Source: an uncultured Verrucomicrobiota bacterium
GTDB taxonomy: Bacteria; Verrucomicrobiota; Verrucomicrobiia; Limisphaerales; UBA9464
Reading direction: 5' to 3'
Assembly (NCBI GenBank): GCA_903835555.1
Contig: CAILNN010000134.1
Span: 13,182 to 77,181 of the forward strand
DNA length: 64,000 nucleotides
In this document: positions 22,330 to 32,752 of the stretch, piece by piece
Numbering within the stretch: the first letter of the stretch is position 1
Layout: each line of letters starts with the position of its first letter
Made by a program: the position numbers and the translations under genes
The notes under the pieces: model-generated
Database searches by the model: none
Told to the model about the DNA's origin: nothing
What the model saw: the letters and a program-made list of their open reading frames with translations, nothing else

Positions 22330-25041
22330 CTATCTCTTCTTCGGTCTAGAAGGGGTGTTGGTAGCACCCGGCATATCATTCTTCTGGAGAAACTCCCGAA
22401 CCAACGGAGCCTTTCCTTTCACCTCGCCCAATGCTTCTTGCGCATCAATCGAGGTGCGAATGACACGGGGCCGGAGGAAGACGAGCAACTCAACGTCCTT
22501 GCTCGATTTGTCTTTCTTCTTAAAGGCCCATCCCAATCCCGGGATGTCGCCTAGAAGTGGAACTTTGCGCACGGTGTCGGATATCTGCTTTTGCATGATT
22601 CCTCCTAACACCAGGGTTTCGCCACTGGATGCGGTCATGTCCGTCTTGAAGGTGCGAGTATCAAGAATGGCCCCGCCGAAAAGTGTCTGGCCCGGTACAA
22701 TACTGGACGATTCGATCCGGATTTTGAGGGCAACCGTCCCCGTGACATTGATGTGCGGAATGACTTCGAGGATGATGCCAACCTCCTTGTATTTAAAGCT
22801 TTGACTCAGTCCGCCCGTCTGAGGAGTCAGTGTCTGGTTGATAAACGGTACTTGGGAACCAACGAATAGCTTTCCGGTCTCGTTGTCTTCGATGTTTATT
22901 TGCGGCTCCGCCAAAACACTTGCAGCCGTGTTTCGCTTCAAGAATTGGACCAGCAAATCTAGACTCACGGTGCTATCCAGCACTCCCGATTTCAGGCCAG
23001 CCAGTTGCTGGCCAATGTTGGCAGCACTGGAATTATTAACCGTGTTGACTCCGCCAAATCCCTTTTGATAGTTGCCCTTGGTACTCGCTGAGATCGAACT
23101 GTCGTAGTCGTCTGCCGTGAACGTGGTGCTGCCATTGGGTGACCAGCGAACGCCGTATCGGTCCATCAGGTCGCTGGAAACCTCAACAATGCGTGCCTCG
23201 ATCAGCACTTGTGGGGTCGGGGCATCCAGTTCCTCAATTAATTTGAGAACCTGAGGGAAAAAATGAACGTTGGCCGAAATCATGAGCGAATTGCTACGAT
23301 GATCCGGTACTACTCGCACGCGCCCAACCAAGTCACTGACCTGTCGGGTTGCGGTTTTTCCATCACCCGTGCGTTGATTTTCCGGTTGGCCACCGAGCCA
23401 TGGGAAGTAGAGGTCCTCTTTAACTTCTCGTTCCAACGGCGTGCTATTCTGGCTTTGGTCAAACGCCCCCTGGTCCTGGGTTTGTTGCTGTTGTTGGTTG
23501 GGTTGGCCCGGTTGGGCAATCGGGCGAAGTCCAGGGGAACCGACCTTGGCAAAAAGGATGTTCAGACTGTTTGCAACGTCAGTCGCCTTGGCATATTTTA
23601 AGGTCGTGCGAAACGTGCTTTCGCCGGCCGGTGACGGGGCATCCAATTGTTTAAGCACTTCTTCCACAGCACGCAGGCTTTCAAGCGAATTGGCGGTGAC
23701 AATGATTGCGTTGGAATAGGGTTCAGATGTGATTCGAACCTTGCCGTAGAGACGTCCGACGTCGCGATCTGCGGTCGGTTCCGGGTTATCGTCGAAGAAA
23801 TAATAGGAGCGTTGTTGAGTCTTCTTGAGGAACAACTCATTCAAGACATCTTCGATATCGACCGCTCCAACATATTTTAAAGGATAGATGCGTGGTGCCA
23901 AAGCTTCGCCTCCCACCGGTTCGTCTAAAGCCCGAACCATCTTTGCGATACTTTCGATCTCTGAAGGCGGTGCTTGAATAATCAAAGTATTGCGTCGACG
24001 GTCGGCCACGACGCTCATCTTTTTCCCTTTCCTGGAGTTGTCTTGTGGCTCGAAGTAAAAATAGCGGGAACGTCCAGAGTTTTCCTGGTCCGCAACGAGT
24101 TCTTTGAGTTGTTTGGCAACATCTTCCGCGTCGGCATTTTTTAGCGGGAAGAGTCGCATGGTCTTTTCCTGTGCGTCCTCGGTATCCAAGGTGGTAACTA
24201 TACGTTCGATCGCCTTGTAGTTGGTCTCACTAGAAAGGACGATCAACGAGTTGGAACGTTCATTGGCCGTTACGTCGATCGGTTCATTTTGGGCCTTACC
24301 GCTCATTTTCTGGTAAAGCGGGGTGATTTCCTTGACTAAATCCGTCGCACTCACGTGTTTCAATGGTATGACCCTCACCGCCAGGTCTCCCGGGCGATCG
24401 GTGTCCAGTACTTTTATCAAATCCGACGCCAAAGAGACACTTTCGTTATAGTCCGTGAGGATCAATTGGTTTGCTCGTTCATTGATTTCCAGTGTGCCTT
24501 TTTCCGAAACGACACTCTTGATCTTTTCCTTCATCTCGCTGGCCTGGACAAAGTGAAGTTGAAAGATTTTGACCAGTCGCTGGCGCCCCACGGGAACGTC
24601 GGAACGCCCGGCGTCCAGCAATTCCGGACTCATCCGTGGTTCTTTGCCTTCGGGAACAATGAAAATGGAATTGGCCGACTCAACCGCCGTAAATCCTTCG
24701 AGCGAAAGAGCCCGATAGACCAGGTTGATTGCGTCGCGGGGCGGGAGCTTCTTGGAACTGGTGATCGTTATCTGACACTGTGCTTGCGGGTGCTTCACCA
24801 CACTTTTCCCAGTGCTCTGCGCCAGCCATTGAACTATCATATCGATGTTGGCCCCTTGGAAGCTCACCTGAATATCTTCATTGGGCGGAAGAGTGGAAGG
24901 GGCCGCGTTGGTGGTCTGGCCCCCCGCTGGAACCTGAGCGATCCCCGGAGGAACGTACAGTCCACTGGTTAGCACGAGCCCCGTGGCCATTAGGGTGCGG
25001 GCGGGGCGAGTCAGGGATCGTTTGCTTCGATTAGGATTCAT
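22330..25041 (-). CDS. gspD: T2SS secretin GspD, intact (N0, five secretin_N repeats, secretin core)
   Basis: 903 aa with a signal peptide. N0 is VSFQGANIDMIVQWLAQSTGKSVV. Repeats include VKIFQLHFVQASEM, VRVIPLKHVSATDL, MRLFPLKNADAEDV, RIYPLKYVGAVDI and FRTTLKYAKATDV. The core is PQVLIEARIVEVSSD...VPLLGDIPGLGWAFKKK...ELLVFLRPRVI. Confidence 0.9.
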   Translation of the reverse strand: MNPNRSKRSLTRPARTLMATGLVLTSGLYVPPGIAQVPAGGQTTNAAPSTLPPNEDIQVSFQGANIDMIVQWLAQSTGKSVVKHPQAQCQITITSSKKLPPRDAINLVYRALSLEGFTAVESANSIFIVPEGKEPRMSPELLDAGRSDVPVGRQRLVKIFQLHFVQASEMKEKIKSVVSEKGTLEINERANQLILTDYNESVSLASDLIKVLDTDRPGDLAVRVIPLKHVSATDLVKEITPLYQKMSGKAQNEPIDVTANERSNSLIVLSSETNYKAIERIVTTLDTEDAQEKTMRLFPLKNADAEDVAKQLKELVADQENSGRSRYFYFEPQDNSRKGKKMSVVADRRRNTLIIQAPPSEIESIAKMVRALDEPVGGEALAPRIYPLKYVGAVDIEDVLNELFLKKTQQRSYYFFDDNPEPTADRDVGRLYGKVRITSEPYSNAIIVTANSLESLRAVEEVLKQLDAPSPAGESTFRTTLKYAKATDVANSLNILFAKVGSPGLRPIAQPGQPNQQQQQTQDQGAFDQSQNSTPLEREVKEDLYFPWLGGQPENQRTGDGKTATRQVSDLVGRVRVVPDHRSNSLMISANVHFFPQVLKLIEELDAPTPQVLIEARIVEVSSDLMDRYGVRWSPNGSTTFTADDYDSSISASTKGNYQKGFGGVNTVNNSSAANIGQQLAGLKSGVLDSTVSLDLLVQFLKRNTAASVLAEPQINIEDNETGKLFVGSQVPFINQTLTPQTGGLSQSFKYKEVGIILEVIPHINVTGTVALKIRIESSSIVPGQTLFGGAILDTRTFKTDMTASSGETLVLGGIMQKQISDTVRKVPLLGDIPGLGWAFKKKDKSSKDVELLVFLRPRVIRTSIDAQEALGEVKGKAPLVREFLQKNDMPGATNTPSRPKKR

Positions 25042-25065
25042 ACGGCGTGTCGTATTCAGGGCAAA

Positions 25066-25779
25066 TTACTTGGGCAACAGGCTTTCTCCACCTAGACCTT
25101 CAAAGATCATCAATTCCTTCTTCTCACCAGCGACTTCAACCAGGACACGATTGGTTCCGATTCGGAGTAGTTTCAGCCCATCAGAATCGCCACCTTCTCG
25201 TAGCAGGGACATTTGGCCATTGGGGGTGCGAAGGAAGGCATCGTGACCGGCAATGCCCAGCAGGGCCATTGGGGGAGGGTGGAATACGGGCGCGAGTAAT
25301 TCACTTTGCGTGATTTTATCGATTCTCGCCTGGATAATGGGCGAAATGGCTGTCGGCGGATGCGCTGAGACTCCCGCTCCCGACGTTCTATTTCCGGGTT
25401 GACCAACCTTGAGTTCCGCCGGGGGTGGCGCTGGCTTTACAATCTGTTCTGTTTGAGACGAACTGTTTGTCACCCGGCTGGGCGGGTTGTTTGATCGTGT
25501 CGGATCGCTTTTCGTGACATTCGTGATGGATGTGGTGGCTGGGGCCACTCGATTGGGCTGTCCAGAATCGGCCATTTTAGTCAATTCCGGCAGTTTTGCG
25601 GACCCAGTAGACGGATGGACATCAGCAGGGGGTTCCTCGGGATGCCAGTGAGGCGCAGAAGGAACTTCCAGATTTGCCAGGGGATTGGATCGATTTCGGA
25701 GCAAGAGTATTTGCAACATCAGAGCAACTCCGAGCACTCTCGGTAGCTTTTGGAAAATAGTCTTTAGATGATCACGCAT
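25066..25779 (-). CDS. Putative GspC/PilP-like periplasmic linker protein
   Basis: The ATG at 25779 gives MRDHLKTIFQKLPRVLGVALMLQILLL, a TM segment. It is followed by a Pro/Ser/Thr-rich linker and a C-terminal beta-domain LLGIAGHDAFLRTPNGQMSLLREGGDSDGLKLLRIGTNRVLVEVAGEKKEL. It occupies the same slot as 6389..7162. Confidence 0.45.
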   Translation of the reverse strand: MRDHLKTIFQKLPRVLGVALMLQILLLRNRSNPLANLEVPSAPHWHPEEPPADVHPSTGSAKLPELTKMADSGQPNRVAPATTSITNVTKSDPTRSNNPPSRVTNSSSQTEQIVKPAPPPAELKVGQPGNRTSGAGVSAHPPTAISPIIQARIDKITQSELLAPVFHPPPMALLGIAGHDAFLRTPNGQMSLLREGGDSDGLKLLRIGTNRVLVEVAGEKKELMIFEGLGGESLLPK

Positions 25780-26341
25780 GAGGCACCTCCCGGCTATCCC
25801 ACTGATCGTAGTCAAGTAAGATGAGTGAAACGCTAATTTTAAGCATGCCTGGACGCATGGGATCGGATGAGAATTGGACCGTGTCCAGAATAATGGGGAA
25901 ACCCAGACTTCCCAGTCGATGGAGGAACGTAGTAAGGGAAGTGACTTGCCCGGCGGCCTCCAGTTGAATGCTACCTAGCTCCCGATCACTACCGCGTGCC
26001 ACAGTTTCGCGGATGGGCCCCATCTGCAGGCCTCCCTGCGTGGCCGCCTGCTGAATGGCCGCACTGGCCCTTCCCACCAATTTCGGTTTGGATATTTGGG
26101 CCGGATCCAATTGAGCCGCATCCATCAAACGATGGAGGCGGATCACCCGGGATGAGTAGAGGTCTATCCGCGCCCGCTGTTCATCGGCCTGCCGCCGGAG
26201 TTCGAGATACGCGGTTCTTTTCGAGCCCAGAATTTGAAGGGTTTTCCATCCGCCGAATAGGAGTAGGTACGCCCCAAGTCCCAGCCCGGCGTAGCGGACG
26301 GTTCGACGGTCGCGGGCGGTCATTTCGGGTAGTCGTATCAC
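25772..26341 (-). CDS. gspM: GspM/PilO-like inner-membrane assembly protein
   Basis: 189 aa with a single TM segment (YAGLGLGAYLLLFGGW), a coiled region and an alpha/beta C-terminus. The start makes an ATGA overlap with the gspL stop. Confidence 0.5.
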   Translation of the reverse strand: MIRLPEMTARDRRTVRYAGLGLGAYLLLFGGWKTLQILGSKRTAYLELRRQADEQRARIDLYSSRVIRLHRLMDAAQLDPAQISKPKLVGRASAAIQQAATQGGLQMGPIRETVARGSDRELGSIQLEAAGQVTSLTTFLHRLGSLGFPIILDTVQFSSDPMRPGMLKISVSLILLDYDQWDSREVPHA

Positions 26342-27801
26342 GGGGAAGGGGATGTTTGAATACCCTGGGTTGTGCCTGATGTTGGTTTTTGGGCAACATT
26401 CGTCGATAGGACATTGGTCAGCTTGGGGCCGATATCCAAGACTTCACGGTCACTGGCTGCTTTCCATTGGGCGGTGAGCCGAAAGTTGATTCGCTGTCGA
26501 TCGGGCGTTGGGGTTTGGTCTTCCACCACGACGGTCGAGAAGAAGCCCGAATCAATCAGCTTGGACCGAAGGTCCCCCACCTGGTTCATATTCTGAAGAA
26601 AGCCGTTCAGGCTGATCTCGCCACGGCGATTAAGGTTCAGGGCATTGATATGGCAGCCTGGCGGTGCCGCTGCGGCGATGAGGTAGATGGCATCGAGGAA
26701 TGGTCCCTGGTTCTCCTGGAGATGCCGTAAAAAATCTAATTCGCGATCAATGATTGCGAGTTGCGGTTCGCCCGCCTTGATTTTCGCTAGTTGGCGCTCA
26801 AGCCGCGGTGCCAGAAAGATCGCCTCAAAATAAGGGGTCAAGAGAATGGCCGCTAGTAAACCACCTATGAGGGACAATTTTTTCCAGGGATATTTTCCCA
26901 GCCTGGCCATTGGCTCCTCGATTGAACCCAATTGTAAGTTTAATCGATGTCCCTTTGGATTGGCGGTTAGCGCGTTGGCAACTCCGACATTGGCCACGGT
27001 CATCCCTGTTCCCTGCGGGTAATCCACGACATTGGCCTCCGAGCAGCCGATACTGGAGGGGATCGCTCTTTTGATCCATTCGGGAATCGGAGGAATTGTT
27101 CCACGGGTGACGGCGGATTGGAGAACGTAAACGCCAGTGCCCACTGGAAGTTCCAAACTTTCGAGAAAGTCGTGTATTTCCTGTGTGGCTTCAGGACTGA
27201 CAGTGGGCAGCCATCGAATGGCGGTAGGTTGCCCGTCCCGGCGAACCCCAATTTCGATATCGGCCTTGCCCAGATGGATAAGCACCGCCGATCGCGCATT
27301 GGGAGCTATGAGTTCAAGACCGTCAAAGACAGCCAAAGAAAACCGAACATCAGCGTCGAGGGGAGCCAAGAGCTCGAGATAAGGTTGCAAGACCTCTTGA
27401 CGTACCGCCGCCAGCAGAATTTGCTGCTGTGGCAATTCCCCGGGAATTGGCAGCCAACCCCAAGCCAGATGATCGGGCGGAAGGGGAAATTCGGCCTCGA
27501 GTTGTAGGGCCAATAAGCGCGGCCATTCCGTAGCTGCCGATTTCGGTACCGAGACGCGCCGCAGAATGGCTCCACGGGCTGGAATAGAAGCGTAAACCTG
27601 GAGTTGGGACAGGGGAGATTTCTCCCGAAGCAGGAGTTTCAAGGCGCTCGCCACCGAGGCAATGCAGGTGGCTGTGAACTCTCCAGACTCGTTACGTTCC
27701 AGCGCCATCTCCTGGCCTTCCTTGTTGCGCCAGGCAAAGATCGCATCGGAACCGATTTCGACCCAGAGCCGGGTTGGTTCAAATTGGAACAGAGCACTCA
27801 T
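26338..27801 (-). CDS. gspL: GspL-like protein (PilM-like domain, TM segment, PilN-like domain)
   Basis: 487 aa with TM segment LSLIGGLLAAILLTPYF and a periplasmic C-terminus (...CHINALNLNRRGEISLNGFLQNMNQVGDLRSKL...). It is colinear with 7695..9110. The start makes an ATGA overlap with gspK. Confidence 0.6.
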   Translation of the reverse strand: MSALFQFEPTRLWVEIGSDAIFAWRNKEGQEMALERNESGEFTATCIASVASALKLLLREKSPLSQLQVYASIPARGAILRRVSVPKSAATEWPRLLALQLEAEFPLPPDHLAWGWLPIPGELPQQQILLAAVRQEVLQPYLELLAPLDADVRFSLAVFDGLELIAPNARSAVLIHLGKADIEIGVRRDGQPTAIRWLPTVSPEATQEIHDFLESLELPVGTGVYVLQSAVTRGTIPPIPEWIKRAIPSSIGCSEANVVDYPQGTGMTVANVGVANALTANPKGHRLNLQLGSIEEPMARLGKYPWKKLSLIGGLLAAILLTPYFEAIFLAPRLERQLAKIKAGEPQLAIIDRELDFLRHLQENQGPFLDAIYLIAAAAPPGCHINALNLNRRGEISLNGFLQNMNQVGDLRSKLIDSGFFSTVVVEDQTPTPDRQRINFRLTAQWKAASDREVLDIGPKLTNVLSTNVAQKPTSGTTQGIQTSPSP

Positions 27802-29168
27802 AAATCATCTTCGCGGTACTCCAATGTTGTGATTGTTCGAGCGCGAACCCGAACTACGGCTTCCATGGTTTGGCGGCACTTGCCTACCACTCCTTCCGAT
27901 CGGATGCGAAAGGTGTCCGAACGGACGTCAATTCGAGAGAGAAGGCCTTGAAGCAGATCGCGATTGAAACCGGCGACATTCAGCAAATCAGCCGTGCTGA
28001 CGAAGAAACCATTGGCTCGCCGATGAGCGACGATCGCTTGTGCCAGCGGGCGTGTCATCCCCGGTAGACACTGCAAGACATCCACTGGGGCGGTATTGAT
28101 ATTCACCACTCCGTTTCGCTCCGATTGTTCCTCCACGGTCAAATGATCGGCGATTTCTTTAAATAGTCGTTCATCTACGACCTTGGGTCCATTGTTTGAA
28201 TTTCCGGGAGGAGGATTGGCTCCGTTGGGTGGTGGGGCAGCGACGTTGAGTAAGTCGGTTAGGTTTCGGATCGGATTCTGTTGCCGATAGGCGATGATCG
28301 CCTTGGCAATCTCCGTGGAAATACCTCGAATCCCAGTCAAAGCGGCCTCGTCGGACGACTGGACGTTGACCCGGGCTGTCCCCGCAGCATCTACGTTTTC
28401 GATTGCCGATTGAGCGGTTAAGAGACGAGCCCATCCGCCTTCTCTCACTTGCTCCGAGCTGGAAATAGTTCCCTTTGCCGCACCTGACACGGCCAAGCCT
28501 ATTTCATCACTGCGGCTTTCCAGGGAATCCTCCATTTGCCCCAAAAGTTGATCCGGGAAGATGCCGCGGACCATCAGGAGTTCGCGAACAGTCGGAAACG
28601 GGCCGTTTCGTGGCCGATATGGGGGATTCAGGGAGGCGTAATAGTCGGCTTCAGCTCCGCCCGGGGTGACGGTATTATCCTGATCGCGCCAATCCACGAT
28701 GGCTGCGGCAATATCGGGCGTTAGACCAACGATTTTCGTCAATTCCGTGGTATCCGCGACATTGATATTCAGTCGACTTTCTTCATCGGTGACTCCGTAA
28801 ATCTGCTCTCCGCTCTCGTCATCGTTTGGCGGTCTGATGACCCGGAAAAGTCCCCGCCCCATTGATACATCCCGGAACTGAGCCGGAGCATCCAGCAATT
28901 CAGAACTGAAGGGTGCCCCCGCGCGGCGTCGGTCCAGGATATTCTGGTGCAGCAACGCTTTCGCTTTTTCAATTCCTGCCAAGGATAGGTACCGCGCCTG
29001 GATGCGGTCCGTTTGATACCGGCCCGAAATCAGGTCCAAACGCGTTGTATGCAAGAGTCCCAGAACCAGCACGGCCAACAAAACCACGCACCAAAGCACG
29101 CCAATCAGGACCGAGCCTGACCGGGCAATCTCCCTTCCGGTGTAACCTATTGAATGGCGATGGATCAT
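27798..29168 (-). CDS. gspK: T2SS minor pseudopilin GspK
   Basis: 456 aa. Signature RLNINVADTTELTKIVGLTPDIAAAIVDWRDQDNTVTPGGAEADYY...FPTVRELLMVRGI. Confidence 0.85.
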   Translation of the reverse strand: MIHRHSIGYTGREIARSGSVLIGVLWCVVLLAVLVLGLLHTTRLDLISGRYQTDRIQARYLSLAGIEKAKALLHQNILDRRRAGAPFSSELLDAPAQFRDVSMGRGLFRVIRPPNDDESGEQIYGVTDEESRLNINVADTTELTKIVGLTPDIAAAIVDWRDQDNTVTPGGAEADYYASLNPPYRPRNGPFPTVRELLMVRGIFPDQLLGQMEDSLESRSDEIGLAVSGAAKGTISSSEQVREGGWARLLTAQSAIENVDAAGTARVNVQSSDEAALTGIRGISTEIAKAIIAYRQQNPIRNLTDLLNVAAPPPNGANPPPGNSNNGPKVVDERLFKEIADHLTVEEQSERNGVVNINTAPVDVLQCLPGMTRPLAQAIVAHRRANGFFVSTADLLNVAGFNRDLLQGLLSRIDVRSDTFRIRSEGVVGKCRQTMEAVVRVRARTITTLEYREDDL

Positions 29169-29923
29169 GGCTTCGCTGTCGAGTCGCCAGGACCACTGGA
29201 AATGGGATTCCCTGTGCCGCTGTCGGTCGGTAAGTTCAATCGTGCGATCGTTTGAAAAACCAGGACCGAGGATGTTGAGGCGGATTCTTCGCGAGGCCCG
29301 ATATGGGATGATTCCAATGCCAGACTGATTCTCACAGCCTCCGGCATCCCGGTGCTATTGGGCTTGTCACTCTTCAACTGGGACTTGGTTGTTCCCGTCG
29401 TCATCTCCCCCCACGAATCATACCAATCGTATCCGTCAAAATACTCCAGACGAAATCCGCTTAGTCCAGTCGCCAATGCTTCACGGGAACCGCCAGAAAG
29501 CGGGTCGAAAGCGATGGCCGGATTTCGCCGTCTCCAAAGCGTGAATTGTCCGGTCTTTGGGTCACGTTCAACAAACAGGCTCTCCTCGCAAAAATCGCCT
29601 TCCCCGGGCTGGTGGGGAGAGAAATGGTGAGTGGCAAAGTCCAGGTTATCGGCATCGATCATTCCAATCATTCTTCGAACACCGAGAAATGCAGCCCCTT
29701 GTGGAAGGGGGCAGGAGGCCCGCAAATCGGCAGTGATCCGGTCGAGGGCGACCCGGGCCTGTTGCATTGCATCGGAACGTGGCTCAATGATGCGCTGTCC
29801 AGAGAAACCGGCTCGAAGGCATGCGTAGGCCCCTGTCAGGATGATCGCCATAAGCGCGGCGCTAATCACCAACTCGATCAACGTAAATGCCAGCACGGAA
29901 TGCCGGTGATCGATAATTCTCAT
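29165..29923 (-). CDS. gspJ: T2SS minor pseudopilin, GspJ-like
   Basis: MRIIDHRHSVLA/FTLIELVISAALMAIILTGAYA. Assignment rests on size and position. ATGA overlaps occur at both ends. Confidence 0.7.
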   Translation of the reverse strand: MRIIDHRHSVLAFTLIELVISAALMAIILTGAYACLRAGFSGQRIIEPRSDAMQQARVALDRITADLRASCPLPQGAAFLGVRRMIGMIDADNLDFATHHFSPHQPGEGDFCEESLFVERDPKTGQFTLWRRRNPAIAFDPLSGGSREALATGLSGFRLEYFDGYDWYDSWGEMTTGTTKSQLKSDKPNSTGMPEAVRISLALESSHIGPREESASTSSVLVFQTIARLNLPTDSGTGNPISSGPGDSTAKP

Positions 29924-30372
29924 TGGCGGTCCTTCCGGTTTTTTCGGTTTCGCCCGTTTCCGATTCGTTCCGATGGCCGGTTGGTTAAGGAATCGGATGG
30001 AACTTCAAACAGGAGTGTTCGGAGTTCATAAATCGGTTGGTTGATGGCGGAATGCCGAACTTCCACCGTCACATCTCTCAATCCCGTGATGGGTGTCGAC
30101 GCAATAGTCTGTTTCCACCGATAAATGGAGAGGAGCCCAGACCCTTGTCCTTCCGTGACGCCAATTGGATATGATTCCTTTGTACGCAGTAATTCGATCT
30201 GGCCGGCGGCGAGCCAGGCGGCCGTCGCCTGCCATTCAGCTTCCTTGCTGGTACGAAGCGCGGCGGTAATTCCACGGGTTAGCCCGGTAAGAGCCACGGC
30301 TAGAATGACCATGGCGACCATGACCTCCATCAGAGAAAATCCGAATAAGCTCGTGGTCGCCCTGTTTTTCAT
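29920..30372 (-). CDS. gspI: T2SS minor pseudopilin, GspI-like
   Basis: MKNRATTSLFG/FSLMEVMVAMVILAVALTG. 150 aa. The region WLAAGQIELLR...YRWKQTI...LRDVTVEVRH is GspI-like. Confidence 0.7.
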   Translation of the reverse strand: MKNRATTSLFGFSLMEVMVAMVILAVALTGLTRGITAALRTSKEAEWQATAAWLAAGQIELLRTKESYPIGVTEGQGSGLLSIYRWKQTIASTPITGLRDVTVEVRHSAINQPIYELRTLLFEVPSDSLTNRPSERIGNGRNRKNRKDRQ

Positions 30373-30953
30373 GGCTGGTCCAGAACCGTCAGCCTGGCTG
30401 TCACCGGGTTTAGGCGAATCGTCATCCGATGGCCCGAAAGGTCACGCAGACTGAGGACAGCTTCGTCGCACGTGCCATCCGGGAAGAAGCGGACTGTGGT
30501 ATCTGAAGTGGAAGGAGTTCTTCGCCCAGAACGTTCGATGCTCGTTCGCATAGAGGTTACCGGCATTCCTTCGATTGAATTATTCGTTCCTCCTGTTTGT
30601 AGAGTCACGGAAACACGGGGGTCGAACGCTCCACTGAACGCCGATGAATCGTTGAGCGGCTCAAAATGCCTTCGCGCCCCTTTGGGACCCCCCATATGTT
30701 CCATTTGGAATCGCATCTTGGCGCGGTCGAAATTAACGCGTACCTGCTCCTGCGACGCGATAGCCCGACTATTGGCCAGTCCGAAAACCTCCACCCACCG
30801 CCGCGCGGTGGAGCGAAGGATGGCGTCTTCAAAGCCCCCACGCATTTCCGGTAAGATCATCGATGACAGGATGGCGATCAGAGTTAGGACGACCATGAGT
30901 TCAATCAAGGTGAACCCAGACCAGGATCGGATGATGGGGCTTCGGCAGGGCAT
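30369..30953 (-). CDS. gspH: T2SS minor pseudopilin, GspH/FimT-like
   Basis: MPCRSPIIRSWSG/FTLIELMVVLTLIAILSSMILP, followed by STARRWVEVFGLANSRAIAS. Confidence 0.7.
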   Translation of the reverse strand: MPCRSPIIRSWSGFTLIELMVVLTLIAILSSMILPEMRGGFEDAILRSTARRWVEVFGLANSRAIASQEQVRVNFDRAKMRFQMEHMGGPKGARRHFEPLNDSSAFSGAFDPRVSVTLQTGGTNNSIEGMPVTSMRTSIERSGRRTPSTSDTTVRFFPDGTCDEAVLSLRDLSGHRMTIRLNPVTARLTVLDQP

Positions 30954-30959
30954 CGCATT

Positions 30960-31388
30960 CTACCAGTTGCCGATGTCCGCATTGGCACCATCGCCTCCGT
31001 CAGCCTTATCGGCACCACGGGACCAAAGGTCGAAACTCGATGGATGATGGACGCCTGGCCGCTTGTATTGGTAGGGGGTGTCCCATGGATCATTCCGTAG
31101 CTGCTTGATATAGGGACCATGCCATTTCTTATCATCGCCTGAAGGCGGTTCGCTAAGTACCCGCAACCCTTCATCGCTGGTGGGATAGCGGTCCATATTG
31201 ACATAAAACCGTTCTAGTGCTGATTCCAACTCGGCGATATGAGACTTGGATGCGCTTATCTTTGCATCGGTCGTCGCCCCCATGAATTGGGGAATGATGG
31301 TGGCGGCAAGGACAGCCAGAATAACGACGACCACCATGATTTCAATCAAGGTGAATGCGTCCCGACGGCGATTAGTGGGTGGGCCCAT
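30960..31388 (-). CDS. gspG: T2SS major pseudopilin GspG
   Basis: The ATG at 31388 gives MGPPTNRRRDA/FTLIEIMVVVVILAVLAATIIPQF (an alternative ATG lies at 31424). GspG C-terminal signature WHGPYIKQLRNDPWDTPYQYKRPGVHHPSSFDLWSRGADKADGG. Confidence 0.9.
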   Translation of the reverse strand: MGPPTNRRRDAFTLIEIMVVVVILAVLAATIIPQFMGATTDAKISASKSHIAELESALERFYVNMDRYPTSDEGLRVLSEPPSGDDKKWHGPYIKQLRNDPWDTPYQYKRPGVHHPSSFDLWSRGADKADGGDGANADIGNW

Positions 31389-31438
31389 CCTACAGGTAGA
31401 AATTGTCCGACAGTGTAAATACATATTGAATTCAGGAG

Positions 31439-32752
31439 TTAATGGATTCCTCGACTCATCTTAAATATGGGTAATAGCAGAGCAATGACCATGAATCCCA
31501 CCAACGCTCCGACCACAAGAATCAGGAAAGGCGCGAGAAGGGAAATCAATGTCTTGGTCCGCGCCCTCATTTGTCGCTCCTCAATGGCGGCAACCTTGAG
31601 CAACATGTCATCCAATCGACCGGTCTCTTCCCCAACCGCGATCATTTGAACGACGCTCTTGGGGAAGATATCCATGTCTCGTAGCGGAGTGGCGAGCGCG
31701 GAACCGCCGCGTGTGGCATCAGCGACCTGGGATATCCGCTCGGCCAGAACGAGATTTCCCAGCGATGACTCGACTATCTTTAGGGCTGGAAGGAGCGAAA
31801 CCCCACTCTTGACCAAAATACCGAGAGTTCTGGCGAAACGACTCAATGCCGCCGACCGGAGCATCCCGCCCACAAAAGGAGTTTCCAATTTGATGGAATC
31901 GATTCGGTGCGCCCCTTCGGGAGTCCGGGCATAGGCGCGGACTCCGGCAGCGGCTCCGATACCAATAGTCAGTAAGAGCCATCCATAGTGCTGGAGGATG
32001 TTACTCACCGCCAAAAGTATCCGAGTCGGCAGGGGGAGCAAGGTGGTCATTTCCTGAAGCATCGTGAATAATTGCGGCAGAACCACCAGCAGGAGAATGG
32101 TCACGGTAACAATCCCAAATCCGAGGACAAACAACGGATAAGCCACCGCTGACACGACCTCGCTTCGGACCTCATCTTCGTGCTCAAGTAGATCTGCGAG
32201 ATCATTCATGACCGATGGCAAGGCTCCCGCTTCCTCCCCCACGCGAATCATACTCACATAGAGCGTTCCAAAGAGGCGCGGATAAGAGGCCAAGCCGGCG
32301 GAAAAGGCAGTCCCAGTTCTCACCGAGTTTGACAAGCCTTGAATGACACCACGCAGTGCCGGGTTGAGCTCCTCCTCTCCTAAGCCTTCCAAGGCTTGGG
32401 GTATAGGAATTCCTGCATCGAGAAGAGCTGCCATTTGGCGGGAAAATCCGGTAATTTCCTTGGTCTTTATCCCAGAGCCAAATCGCCATCCGCCACCGGA
32501 AGGTATTGGTTCCGTGGCGAGACCTTTCGCTGTCGCGGACGCGGAGGATTCCTGATTGGAGGCTGAACGCTGTGCAATCGTTCGGGATGCAGTCGTTGTT
32601 GCGGAAATCCCAACAGCCGCAGCTTCAAGGCGCGATGGAGAGAGACCGCGCTTTCCGAGAAGTAGCAGCGCCGACCGTCTGTCCGTGGCTTCAATCAACC
32701 CGCTGACGGGTGAACCGTCGCCGGCGAACGCTTGATATCGAAAGGTGCTCAT
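31439..32752 (-). CDS. gspF: T2SS inner-membrane platform protein GspF
   Basis: 437 aa with two T2SSF repeats (FSRQMAALLDAGIPIPQAL...GEEAGALP and FARTLGILVKSGVSLLPAL...GEETGRLD). The start makes an ATGA overlap with the gspE stop. Confidence 0.9.
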   Translation of the reverse strand: MSTFRYQAFAGDGSPVSGLIEATDRRSALLLLGKRGLSPSRLEAAAVGISATTTASRTIAQRSASNQESSASATAKGLATEPIPSGGGWRFGSGIKTKEITGFSRQMAALLDAGIPIPQALEGLGEEELNPALRGVIQGLSNSVRTGTAFSAGLASYPRLFGTLYVSMIRVGEEAGALPSVMNDLADLLEHEDEVRSEVVSAVAYPLFVLGFGIVTVTILLLVVLPQLFTMLQEMTTLLPLPTRILLAVSNILQHYGWLLLTIGIGAAAGVRAYARTPEGAHRIDSIKLETPFVGGMLRSAALSRFARTLGILVKSGVSLLPALKIVESSLGNLVLAERISQVADATRGGSALATPLRDMDIFPKSVVQMIAVGEETGRLDDMLLKVAAIEERQMRARTKTLISLLAPFLILVVGALVGFMVIALLLPIFKMSRGIH